In this document: positions 27,518 to 35,772 of the stretch, piece after piece
Position numbering within the stretch: position 1 is the first letter of the stretch
Layout: every line of letters begins with the position of its first letter
From: a virus
Lineage: Duplodnaviria > Caudoviricetes
DNA: 35,886 bases
Reading direction: 5' to 3' (one strand)
IMG/VR virus record: IMGVR_UViG_3300009149_000127
Coordinates: 1 to 35,886 of that record
The notes under the pieces: model-generated
What the model was told of the DNA's origin: nothing
Databases searched by the model: none
Seen by the model: only the letters and a program-made list of their open reading frames with translations
Translations under genes and position numbers: made by a program

Positions 27518-30500
27518 ATGTCTGAAAAATTAGTATTGCAAGAAGCCAAACGTCCTAGTCAGTTTATGTTGTTTACGACTGCTGACAAACGACTTTTCAT
27601 AACAGCCAAAGATAAAGTTGCGTTGGTTTATTTTTCAGAAAACAATAAACCATTATTAGATCTTTATCCAAAAATGAATATACCTATTGCTTATATACGT
27701 AATATTTTAATTCCGAGATTTATTTATAAATTTATTAGAATGGTTCCTAAGGGGAGTCAATTACAAGCAATAAGAATAGCATATAAACTGATGCCATTCA
27801 TGAAAGAAGATAAAATTCTGGATGTGGGTAGGCCGTTTTATTTTGACTTCAACCCCTTGATAAGTACTATACATAATAAATTTACAAACTTGAGACAGAA
27901 CGTGCCATTTGTAATGTTGTCAAACATTTTAAATAATTATATAAAAGAATTCAATGCAAAAGGTTATAAGACGATTGTGATGTATCATGTAAATACAAGA
28001 CAGGCGTTTGATAAAAATATATTCAAAAGGAAAATATTTCCATTTCTCAAACAAATACAGCTTGGTTCTAATTATTTTGATGAAATGTTTTTACTGAATG
28101 AAAATTTGGATTCTGTTACGTATCGTTTATTATATAGAAAGAATGATGAAAGATTTAGTATGTCTAAACTTTTTTCATTCTTAAAGATAATGAAATTTGA
28201 TGTTCCTGAAAATACATCAGAGGAAATGACAAAAGAACTTCCCGATGAAAAAGATTCTGAGATTACACCAACCACAGATAATGTTGTTGTGACTCCACCA
28301 TCTGTATCAGAAACTGATGGAAATATGTTAAAAAATAATAAAAAATTCAGAGAAGAGAAAGATACAATAGATGACGAATCAATTAAGGAAGTCGTGCGAT
28401 CAAATATAACAAGTGGAAAAACCAAGGAATTACAAAAAGAAATAAAAACAGATGATGATATTGCTGTAGAATTGCTCAAACACACATTAAACACCCCAGA
28501 AGAAATTGCTAAGAAAGCTGTGACGAAGCATGGTCCGAAAGCAGTTATTGAAAAAACAAAAGAATTTATGCTCCCATCTTTTGATATACAGAATAGATCG
28601 AAACATCCTTTGACAAAGAATGTAGATTTAAAAAAGATACACAATAACCAACTTCTCAATAATGTTATGGTAAAAAGAATAAATGAGGTAACGCAGCTAC
28701 AGGATGAGTATGTTGAGGAAATATTGGGTTCATATAAAGATAAAGATATTCCAGTTAAACTACTTGGGGTGACAAAAGAGATTGTCCAGAGTAGTTCAAC
28801 AGAAATATTTAAAAGTGTGTTCATACAATATAATGCCAAAATGAAATTAGCAAATGGACAGATACAAAATATTAGATTCAAGGTTCCGGCTATTATAGAA
28901 AATAATTATATCTATATTAATGGAATGAAAAAAGTTTTAATAAATCAATTAATAGCAAATCCAATTTACTTCCCAAAACCATATTTAGCATATGTGCATT
29001 CTATATATGCTACAATAAGATTGGAATATAAAGCTTTTAAAGAACCATATTTTAGTTTATTTTGTTCTGGTTTGAAGATGCCATTTATGATTGGTTTTTT
29101 GGCCGCATTCGGAGAGGAAGGTTTATATTCGTCATTTGGAATAAAAATCGTAAGAGGTGATGTCGTAGATCAGGATAAAATTTCCGTAAAATTAAAAACT
29201 AAAGATTCTAAGATATCCGTAGTTTTTGAAAATAAAGAATGGGAAATTCTGAAAAATGACTTTATTAGAGTTGCAAAATATACAATAAAGTTCATGGATG
29301 GGAAATATATTTGGAATAATGTAATTTCTGCGATGACCGGGAGCAAAAATGCCAAATATAATGTACAAACAGTTCATGCTAATATTATTGATAAACAGAC
29401 AAAAGAAATTCTTTTATCTAATAATGAACCAACAAATATAATTGATATTTATAAATTTATTATACCTAAATTGATGGAGGGATATTTTCAGGCTAGAAAT
29501 GATATAAGCAAGATGAGAGTTAGGAGTACTGAAATTATTCCTATGGCTATAAAACAGGTTTTTGATTTGGCATATTCTCGTTATAATGGTGAAACTAAAC
29601 TTAGAAATAAAGCTGTCAAGCTCGAAATAGATCAAAATAGAATTATGTCTGATATATTAACATCCGCATTGACACAGACTGCTGAGTATGTCAATCCACT
29701 GGAACAAATTTCCACGATCACCCGTGTCACATATCGTGGTGTTGGTGGCATAGATGCAAAAGCAGAATTGCTAGAAATGCGCGGTGTCCATCCGGAATAT
29801 TTTGGAAACATAGATCCAATAGATACACCACAATCATCTGCAATTGGCATGGTTCAGAATTTAACGAATGGTGCAAACTTCAGGACTAAATATGGGCATC
29901 TTGTTTCTAAAAAAATAGATGATAATCTTAAAACTGGAATGCTTAGCCCAACCACATCATTGATACCATTTATTGAAAACAATGAACCGACTAGAATGAT
30001 CATGGCATCCAACCAAATGAAGCAATCGCTTCCAATTATATACAATGAAGTTCCTGCTGTTCAAACTGGTTATGAATCTTTTATAGCAAATTATTGTTCA
30101 GGAGAATTTATAGTTACGGCAGAAGGTTCGGGAAAGGTTATAGAAGTTTCAGATAATAAGATAAAGATACAATATAAAACAGGTGAAATAGATGAGGTGG
30201 ATGTTGGAAGAGTTGTTTTGAGAAGTGGTCAGAGTTATCATAGCATTAGTGAATTGAAATCTGAAGTTCAGACTGGTGATGTTGTGAAAGCTGGACAGGT
30301 ATTAGCATCGAACCATTTATTTAAGAATGGTCAGTTGGCACTTGGAAGAAATCTACTATGTGCGTTTATGCAATGGAAGGGTGCCAATTTCGAAGACGGA
30401 ATAATAATACGAAAAGGGCTGGCCGAAGAACAAGCATTGACCAGCAGGCATTCAATGGTATATGAAATATTTCTTTCCCAGAAGGATGAGCTCATTGATT

Positions 30501-31666
30501 ATAATATTGAAATGGATGGAAAGATAGATGATAGACATATTCTTGTAGAATTTGTACCAGAAAATATTGTTCCACTATTGGGCGAAATGGACGAATATGG
30601 CGATTTGGATATAACTACAGAGAAAACAATAACCTTGAAATCCACTAAAGGAATCATATATTCTGTTGAAGTTTTTTGCAACCATAAATCACTCAATCCG
30701 ACAATGACAAAGTTGGTTAATAAATTTGGGAATCCAAAGCGAGTCGGGCAATATACTATTCGTGGTGAGAAAATTGATGGTACAATGATTAAGGTATATG
30801 TTGAAACAGAAAAAGATATAAAAGACGGTGATAAACTTTCTAATAGATATGGTAACAAAGGTGTTATAACTTTAATGGAAGATGATGATAAGATGCCTGT
30901 AACTCCATGGGGTGATAAAATTGATATTATTTTAAATCCTTTTGGAATCTATGGGCGTATTAACATGGGTCAGGTGTTCGAACTTTACTGTGGTCTAATT
31001 TCTAAAAGAATAGCTGATGAGTCCAGGAATTTAACCAAGATTGCATTCACCAAATTGATGGTGAGAATTATGACACAGTTGGACAATACTGCTGACAAAA
31101 AAATAAAGAAGGAAGTTATAAATTCACTTATGAAGATGTCTGAGAAAGACTTTCAGGTATTGAGAAATGAGAAGTTCTTTCCAATAATTGTACCTCCATT
31201 TGATGCACCTAAAACTAAACACATTATGGAAGTTATAAAAATATTAGGATTAAAAACTAAATATAAACTACATCTTCCTGAATATAATATGAAAACGAAA
31301 GATGGAGTTCCAGTTGGTTATATGTTTATTCAGAAATTGGAACATATGGCAGAGAAGAAACTTTCCGTTAGATCGGTTGGTGCATATTCACAAAAAACTA
31401 AACAACCATCAGCGGCCTCCAAGGAAAGAGGTCAGATGGTTGGAGAAATGGATAGTTGGGTATTATCAGCGTATGGAGCGGAAAAGATCATAAAAGAATT
31501 ATTTGGCCCTGCGAGTGATGATATGGCTCTTAAAAGAAAAATGATGACTGACATTTTGATGAATGGCCATGCCAATCTTCCAGATCAAAGAAAAATAAAC
31601 CCAGCACTAGAATTGACCGAAGATTATATGATAATAATTGGTTTGGAAGAAACTAGTGTTTTATAA
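27518..31666 (+). CDS. rpoB: DNA-directed RNA polymerase beta-like subunit with long N-terminal extension (phage-encoded)
   Basis: YINGMKKV, RGVHPEYFGNIDPIDTP, LIPFIEN..PTRMIMASNQMKQ, NFEDG, GDKLSNRYGNKGVI, DIILNPFG..GRINMGQ, QKLEH...K...RS.G.YS..TKQP and GQMVGEMD. Confidence 0.95.
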   Translation: MSEKLVLQEAKRPSQFMLFTTADKRLFITAKDKVALVYFSENNKPLLDLYPKMNIPIAYIRNILIPRFIYKFIRMVPKGSQLQAIRIAYKLMPFMKEDKILDVGRPFYFDFNPLISTIHNKFTNLRQNVPFVMLSNILNNYIKEFNAKGYKTIVMYHVNTRQAFDKNIFKRKIFPFLKQIQLGSNYFDEMFLLNENLDSVTYRLLYRKNDERFSMSKLFSFLKIMKFDVPENTSEEMTKELPDEKDSEITPTTDNVVVTPPSVSETDGNMLKNNKKFREEKDTIDDESIKEVVRSNITSGKTKELQKEIKTDDDIAVELLKHTLNTPEEIAKKAVTKHGPKAVIEKTKEFMLPSFDIQNRSKHPLTKNVDLKKIHNNQLLNNVMVKRINEVTQLQDEYVEEILGSYKDKDIPVKLLGVTKEIVQSSSTEIFKSVFIQYNAKMKLANGQIQNIRFKVPAIIENNYIYINGMKKVLINQLIANPIYFPKPYLAYVHSIYATIRLEYKAFKEPYFSLFCSGLKMPFMIGFLAAFGEEGLYSSFGIKIVRGDVVDQDKISVKLKTKDSKISVVFENKEWEILKNDFIRVAKYTIKFMDGKYIWNNVISAMTGSKNAKYNVQTVHANIIDKQTKEILLSNNEPTNIIDIYKFIIPKLMEGYFQARNDISKMRVRSTEIIPMAIKQVFDLAYSRYNGETKLRNKAVKLEIDQNRIMSDILTSALTQTAEYVNPLEQISTITRVTYRGVGGIDAKAELLEMRGVHPEYFGNIDPIDTPQSSAIGMVQNLTNGANFRTKYGHLVSKKIDDNLKTGMLSPTTSLIPFIENNEPTRMIMASNQMKQSLPIIYNEVPAVQTGYESFIANYCSGEFIVTAEGSGKVIEVSDNKIKIQYKTGEIDEVDVGRVVLRSGQSYHSISELKSEVQTGDVVKAGQVLASNHLFKNGQLALGRNLLCAFMQWKGANFEDGIIIRKGLAEEQALTSRHSMVYEIFLSQKDELIDYNIEMDGKIDDRHILVEFVPENIVPLLGEMDEYGDLDITTEKTITLKSTKGIIYSVEVFCNHKSLNPTMTKLVNKFGNPKRVGQYTIRGEKIDGTMIKVYVETEKDIKDGDKLSNRYGNKGVITLMEDDDKMPVTPWGDKIDIILNPFGIYGRINMGQVFELYCGLISKRIADESRNLTKIAFTKLMVRIMTQLDNTADKKIKKEVINSLMKMSEKDFQVLRNEKFFPIIVPPFDAPKTKHIMEVIKILGLKTKYKLHLPEYNMKTKDGVPVGYMFIQKLEHMAEKKLSVRSVGAYSQKTKQPSAASKERGQMVGEMDSWVLSAYGAEKIIKELFGPASDDMALKRKMMTDILMNGHANLPDQRKINPALELTEDYMIIIGLEETSVL

Positions 31667-31677
31667 TTTTAACGACA

Positions 31678-31709
31678 AAAAAATGGGTGAAATTAATCAC
31701 CCATTTTTT
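31678..31709. terminator. Bidirectional intrinsic terminator
   Basis: AAAAAATGGGTGA / TCACCCATTTTTT inverted repeat between the convergent beta gene and the 83-aa ORF. Confidence 0.88.
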
Positions 31710-31725
31710 ATTTTAGTAAATCCTT

Positions 31726-31977
31726 TTAGACGAATATTTTTTTGATAGCGTTTGTCATTTTTATCAAAATTATATCCTTCATTCCGCATTCGCAGATTTG
31801 TTCTATTAAAGCATAAAGTCCCCCATCACTGAATTCCCCATTTTCTTCCCTCACATTCATTCTTACGCTCGGCACTGCCGATCTCCCCAATTTTAAAATT
31901 TTATTGCATTTCTTGCAATTAGTATTGCCTAAAAATATACTCAATGCGGCATACTGCTGTTTGGTTAAACAATACAT
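31726..31977 (-). CDS. Small putative zinc-ribbon protein
   Basis: CKKC ... CECG; RBS GAGGTGA on the minus strand at 31981-31987. Confidence 0.65.
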   Translation of the reverse strand: MYCLTKQQYAALSIFLGNTNCKKCNKILKLGRSAVPSVRMNVREENGEFSDGGLYALIEQICECGMKDIILIKMTNAIKKIFV

Positions 31978-32288
31978 TGTTCACCTCAATAATTTTAGTA
32001 TGACCTCTCTCAATGGTGTTTCTCAATAGAATTTCTTTTTTTTAATTTAAAATTTTGTTTGAATTCCTTAAACCGTTAACTTTCTTTTTTTTAAATTATT
32101 TTCGAAATATGGATATTGGATTTTTGTAGTTAGATTATTTCTATTTGACTAGTACGAAGAATAATATCCCGAGATATCCATAAAGCTAGTTATTGCGTTA
32201 TATACGCCTCCTTGATAATATTATTTTGTTATTTATGTGTCCAAGCTTTTGTTAATACAATAACTAAAGCATAATTTTTTTATCCCCG

Positions 32289-32310
32289 AAAAAAGGGGCC
32301 GTGCCCCTTT
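32289..32310 (-). terminator. Intrinsic terminator (minus strand)
   Basis: The minus strand reads AAAGGGGC-ACG-GCCCCTTTTTT just after the stop at 32317. Confidence 0.8.
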
Positions 32311-32316
32311 AAAACG

Positions 32317-32793
32317 TTATAGTCGAAGCGATCCGATTCTTGCACCCTTAATAAGATCGGCTTCCTCATTCATAGCTTCTCTGATCCCTTTCAGGATCGT
32401 GCGGAGAACTTTACACTGCTCTTGATTTTCTCCACTAATGGATATACCGCTTTCAATTCTTTTCTTAATTTCTTCCTTATCCCAGATTGCATGAACCCTT
32501 TCTGGGTTATCTGTTGGGATAAATTTTGTGTATACCAACTGACCCTGAAACAGATCTTCTAATGCGATCGATTCGTTTCTGCTCATCGTTTTGATAAACG
32601 GTGAGCCGGTACATGCCACTCTGTAGTGGCCCTCATTCCCATATATGGCCACAGTCATCTTAGAACTTTTGCGCTCCATCAATAGAGCTGTCCCTTTCAG
32701 TAATTTCCCCATCCCGACAAACGGCATGCTAGCCACTGTCAGTGGGAACATTGCTACGTTCACTGCTGCCTGTCCCATCGTGCTCCTGTTCAT
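32317..32793 (-). CDS. Hypothetical protein (158 aa)
   Basis: Start moved to MNRSTMGQ, after GAAGGAGGG at 32798-32806 (minus strand). This removes the overlap with the upstream ORF. Confidence 0.72.
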   Translation of the reverse strand: MNRSTMGQAAVNVAMFPLTVASMPFVGMGKLLKGTALLMERKSSKMTVAIYGNEGHYRVACTGSPFIKTMSRNESIALEDLFQGQLVYTKFIPTDNPERVHAIWDKEEIKKRIESGISISGENQEQCKVLRTILKGIREAMNEEADLIKGARIGSLRL

Positions 32794-32794
32794 G

Positions 32795-33076
32795 TTACCC
32801 TCCTTCGTATTCTGTTCTGGCCAGTTTGTATACAGTTTTTCTGACCCTTGCTCTGCATTTGTCCATTGGCACTGTGTGCCATTTTTCAATGAGCCCATTC
32901 CATTTTCCATCAGCTGTCTCACCAAATAGAAAATTTCCAAACCATTCTTTGAATCTCCTGCCTGTTTGTTTTGTCCTCCTCCAAGGACCGGGAAATTGAT
33001 TGTTAAATTTTCTCATTCCTACATAGCCCCAGAAAAAGCATCCGATTTTACTGCCAGCTATGAACCATGTAAACAT
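32795..33076 (-). CDS. Hypothetical protein (93 aa, Trp/Gly/basic-rich)
   Basis: Start MFTWF follows GGGAGGT at 33081-33087 (minus strand); its stop abuts the next start. Confidence 0.65.
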   Translation of the reverse strand: MFTWFIAGSKIGCFFWGYVGMRKFNNQFPGPWRRTKQTGRRFKEWFGNFLFGETADGKWNGLIEKWHTVPMDKCRARVRKTVYKLARTEYEGG

Positions 33077-33104
33077 ATACACCTCCCACATATTATAATA
33101 AAAC

Positions 33105-33173
33105 GGATCACATGAATAGTTAGAAAACTATTCGCATCAAACCCAGATTAAAAATCCATTCTGGGTGTGATCC
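33105..33173 (-). other. Predicted three-way-junction structure in a 5' leader
   Basis: Perfect helices GGATCACA/TGTGATCC, GAATAGTT/AACTATTC and CCCAGA/TCTGGG, nested as a three-way junction. Strand assigned from the flanking class B motif and RBS. Confidence 0.55.
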
Positions 33174-33223
33174 TACGTCATAATACATGCGGAAAAAATT
33201 GAAAACGGTCTATTCACTAACTT

Positions 33224-33236
33224 ATATATGTATTTC
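33224..33236 (-). promoter_or_regulatory. Putative phage promoter, class B (GAAATACATATAT)
   Basis: Motif on the minus strand, upstream of the 33076/32793 genes. Confidence 0.6.
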
Positions 33237-33290
33237 TACAGTGCAAAAAAAGGTCAAAAAATCACCTATTTTTTTATGTTTTTAAAAAAA

Positions 33291-33305
33291 GAGAACATAA
33301 TAAAA
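33291..33305 (+). promoter_or_regulatory. Putative phage promoter, class A (GAGAACATAATAAAA)
   Basis: Intergenic motif at a divergent junction, where a + strand promoter is required. Confidence 0.65.
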
Positions 33306-33344
33306 TATAAATGGGTAAACCATAAAATTAATTAGGAGGAAAAT

Positions 33345-33875
33345 ATGCTTATAGGATTCGTCGATGAACCTGGGGTCGCAATGGTAGCTATGTCAGAAAA
33401 TGAAAATAATGGTGAACAGCATCCAATTGTTAAAGCTAAAATAACATTCCATATGAATGATAAGAATGAGAGTTATGCACTTATCAATTTTATAACTCTT
33501 GTCAAAGATGAGAATGTTAGTGATGATATTAAAAATCTTGCAAATGGATATAAGGTTCATATTATGAGAGAATTATCATCAATCTTTGTTGGATCTAAAC
33601 TTAGATATGATGTTGAAGGAAAACATTATCATTTTGTTAAAAAACTTGGTGAAAAGGAAAATATCTTAATTCCTGTGTATGAAGAAAGCAAACCGGAAAC
33701 TGAAGAAGAGAAGACAGATGAGATGGCAAACGAATCGACACCAGTGGTAGAAACTCAAGTAGAAGAGATTGAAACTGTAGAGGCTGAAGAAGTTGGGATC
33801 GCAGTGGACCCACCAAATATGTCAGAAGATAATATTGAGGAAGCAGTCATTGTCGAAGAGGAAGAAAAAGAATAA
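33345..33875 (+). CDS. Hypothetical protein with acidic C-terminal tail
   Basis: 176 aa with AGGAGG RBS. Confidence 0.75.
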   Translation: MLIGFVDEPGVAMVAMSENENNGEQHPIVKAKITFHMNDKNESYALINFITLVKDENVSDDIKNLANGYKVHIMRELSSIFVGSKLRYDVEGKHYHFVKKLGEKENILIPVYEESKPETEEEKTDEMANESTPVVETQVEEIETVEAEEVGIAVDPPNMSEDNIEEAVIVEEEEKE

Positions 33876-33887
33876 TAGGAGATTATT

Positions 33888-34481
33888 ATGAGAGTTTGGT
33901 TTATTTCAGATACACATTTTTTTCACGAAAAAATCAAATTCTATTGTGATCGTCCTGATAATTGGTTTGAAAAAATAATCGACAACTGGAATGATATTAT
34001 TTCTGAAGAAGATAATGTTTGGCATCTTGGTGATTTCATGTTTGGAAAACAGGAATCCAAGATTAAATATTTAAAAGAAAATTTAATTGGAAATGTTAAA
34101 TTGATACAAGGTAATCATGAAAGATCTGGTTCGGCATGGTTTATGGATAATTTTAATATGGAACTTATAAAGAAAAGATTTATAACGATTGTTATTGAAG
34201 ACAAAAAAATAGCACTCAGCCATGTTCCGCTGAAAGCCGAGTTACTCAAAAAAGAAAAAATATATATGAATATTCATGGACATATACACAATTCAGCATA
34301 TGCAATTAAAGAAGAAAAAAATTGTCTTTGGGTTAATGTATCTGTTGAAGTTATAAATTACAAACCAGTTAGCTTTGAAACTATTATGAAGAATGTTGAG
34401 TTTTTGAGACTTAATAAATATAAAGAAATGGAAATAATGTTTCATGAACAACATGTGGAAAAGGTTGACGAGAAAGATTAA
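33888..34481 (+). CDS. Calcineurin-like metallophosphoesterase
   Basis: SDTHFFH, HLGDF, GNHE, LSHVP, NIHGHIH and NVSVE motifs. Confidence 0.9.
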   Translation: MRVWFISDTHFFHEKIKFYCDRPDNWFEKIIDNWNDIISEEDNVWHLGDFMFGKQESKIKYLKENLIGNVKLIQGNHERSGSAWFMDNFNMELIKKRFITIVIEDKKIALSHVPLKAELLKKEKIYMNIHGHIHNSAYAIKEEKNCLWVNVSVEVINYKPVSFETIMKNVEFLRLNKYKEMEIMFHEQHVEKVDEKD

Positions 34482-34501
34482 TAAAACAAAGGAGAACTAT
34501 C

Positions 34502-34699
34502 ATGGAAGAACTCTGGAAAGAAATATCAGAAACATGGGAAGAGTTCCAAACCCAGAATGCAAAATTTATTGAAAAAGAAAATAAAGCTGCAGCTGGAAGG
34601 GCGAGAAAAGCTACAAGCAAACTCGCACGACTTTTTCTAAAATACAGGAAAGAATCAGTGGAATTGGCGAAAAAAGTTCAGAAGAAAAAGAAGGCATAA
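34502..34699 (+). CDS. Histone H1-like protein (Hc1 family)
   Basis: EKENKAAAGRARKATSKLARLFLKYRKESV matches the Hc1 pattern (NKAAG.RARK.S..L....K.yRK.Sv); AAGGAG RBS. Confidence 0.78.
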   Translation: MEELWKEISETWEEFQTQNAKFIEKENKAAAGRARKATSKLARLFLKYRKESVELAKKVQKKKKA

Positions 34700-34710
34700 T
34701 TAATTTTGTT

Positions 34711-34748
34711 GTGGGGGTTGGACATATAAATTCGACCCCCACTTTTTT
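34711..34748 (+). terminator. Intrinsic terminator
   Basis: GTGGGGGTTGGA / TTCGACCCCCAC stem followed by TTTTTT. Confidence 0.85.
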
Positions 34749-34755
34749 CATTTTG

Positions 34756-34770
34756 CAGAACAAAAATAAA
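34756..34770 (+). promoter_or_regulatory. Putative phage promoter, class A (CAGAACAAAAATAAA)
   Basis: Motif immediately after a terminator and upstream of a small ORF. Confidence 0.6.
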
Positions 34771-34820
34771 CGTACATCCCATACTAAAAACGTATTGAGT
34801 ATTTGTTAGATGGAGGTCAC

Positions 34821-34976
34821 ATGTGCAAGTTCTGTCAAATATTTAAGTCCAATTTTGATATTGAGAATGAAGAAATTAGTGATAATGAATTTGAATATAT
34901 TATTTGTTCATATTTTTCTGAGGAAAAATTAGTAACTGATGAACAATGTGAAAACTGTCAACTAAAACAAGAATAA
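34821..34976 (+). CDS. 51-aa acidic Cys-rich protein (not in the ORF track)
   Basis: GGAGGT RBS at 34812-34817. Translates as MCKFCQIFKSNFDIENEEISDNEFEYIICSYFSEEKLVTDEQCENCQLKQE, with two CxxC motifs. Confidence 0.7.
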   Translation: MCKFCQIFKSNFDIENEEISDNEFEYIICSYFSEEKLVTDEQCENCQLKQE

Positions 34977-34996
34977 AAAAATCCAAAGATTGTTAC

Positions 34997-35437
34997 TTAT
35001 CTTTGGATCTTTCCATACCATTCTTTTCCTATTGCACCCATTTCAGTAAACAGTTTAGATGTTTTGGTTTTTATATAGATACATGTTCTCTTGATATATG
35101 ACCAAAGTTTCTTTGTCTTTTCTTTAGTTGATTCATCCAGAAATGGTGAATCAATTTCCTCAATGGAATATGTCCCAGAAATCTTTATCACTTTCCCATC
35201 ATGAATGAAAGTGCAGATTCCTTCCTTTTCCATCACCTTAAATCTTCCCTCCCATTTTCGAATAGTATCACCATTCATATCATAGAGTGTGACTACACGT
35301 TTCAACCCCACAATGCTACTTTCAAATTTTCTGACTTTGATCGCATAAGTCCCGAATCCAGTCCGGAGCATATATCCAAATATGGGTGTGAAAATAAGAG
35401 TGAAAAGAATGGCACGCATTAAGATTGTTTTTCTCAT
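34997..35437 (-). CDS. Hypothetical protein with N-terminal membrane anchor/signal and beta-rich domain
   Basis: AAGGAGGT RBS at 35442-35449 (minus strand); hydrophobic N-terminus; beta-strand pattern RVVTLYDMNGDTIRKWEGRF...DGKVIKISG. Confidence 0.72.
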   Translation of the reverse strand: MRKTILMRAILFTLIFTPIFGYMLRTGFGTYAIKVRKFESSIVGLKRVVTLYDMNGDTIRKWEGRFKVMEKEGICTFIHDGKVIKISGTYSIEEIDSPFLDESTKEKTKKLWSYIKRTCIYIKTKTSKLFTEMGAIGKEWYGKIQR

Positions 35438-35452
35438 ATGTACCTCCTTCGG

Positions 35453-35475
35453 AAAAAAACGGGGTTTCCCCCGTT
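35453..35475 (-). terminator. Intrinsic terminator-like hairpin (minus strand)
   Basis: The minus strand reads AACGGGG-GAAA-CCCCGTTTTTTT directly at the stop of the 82-aa ORF. Confidence 0.75.
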
Positions 35476-35722
35476 ATTCGTTCTGTGCAGATGCTCTTGT
35501 CTTTGACAGTGCCGCTGGCGGATCGATCCTATCCATAGTCCATTGAAATCCCAGGCACATGATTGTGCCAACAGCGATACATGGAACGGCCAATGCCGAT
35601 CCCTGATATGCCAAAAATGTCCCCAGGATGTTCATCCCGGGACCGATGAGCAACATCGTCCACCCTACAATGGTGGACACCCAGCCCATAAGTCTCGCAT
35701 GTGCGCTTCTCAATCCACTCAT
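35474..35722 (-). CDS. Small two-helix membrane protein
   Basis: 82 aa with two hydrophobic segments; GGGGGTG RBS upstream on the minus strand. Confidence 0.65.
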   Translation of the reverse strand: MSGLRSAHARLMGWVSTIVGWTMLLIGPGMNILGTFLAYQGSALAVPCIAVGTIMCLGFQWTMDRIDPPAALSKTRASAQNE

Positions 35723-35772
35723 AATAACACCCCCATAATTTTATCTTTACATTATCTCTCATTCACCTATTT

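Noticed and set aside
2741-31493. Antisense or alternate-frame ORFs in the track (e.g. 14172..14657, 16465..17124, 28072..28881, 21748..21948)
   Set aside because: They lie within well-supported genes, have no evident RBS or motifs, and look like shadows of biased codon usage.
24458-31666. Interpreting the locus as a bacterial chromosomal rpoBC operon
   Set aside because: The gene order is reversed, divergence is strong, there are no ribosomal-protein neighbours, and capsid, portal and PolB genes lie nearby.
11303-31666. Inteins or introns in the polymerase, portal or RNAP subunits
   Set aside because: The frames are continuous with normal motif spacing, and I saw no intein C...HN ends or LAGLIDADG blocks. 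The beta extension is terminal rather than inserted.
31990-32280. Possible extra minus-strand gene after AAGGAGG near 32207-32213
   Set aside because: No start codon at a suitable distance and all frames close quickly. At most a decayed remnant.
33105-33173. Hammerhead ribozyme, purine riboswitch or c-di-GMP riboswitch identity for the three-way junction
   Set aside because: UUGAUGC resembles CUGAUGA, but the GAAA and UH core elements are missing. The loop and junction sequences of the riboswitches are not present.
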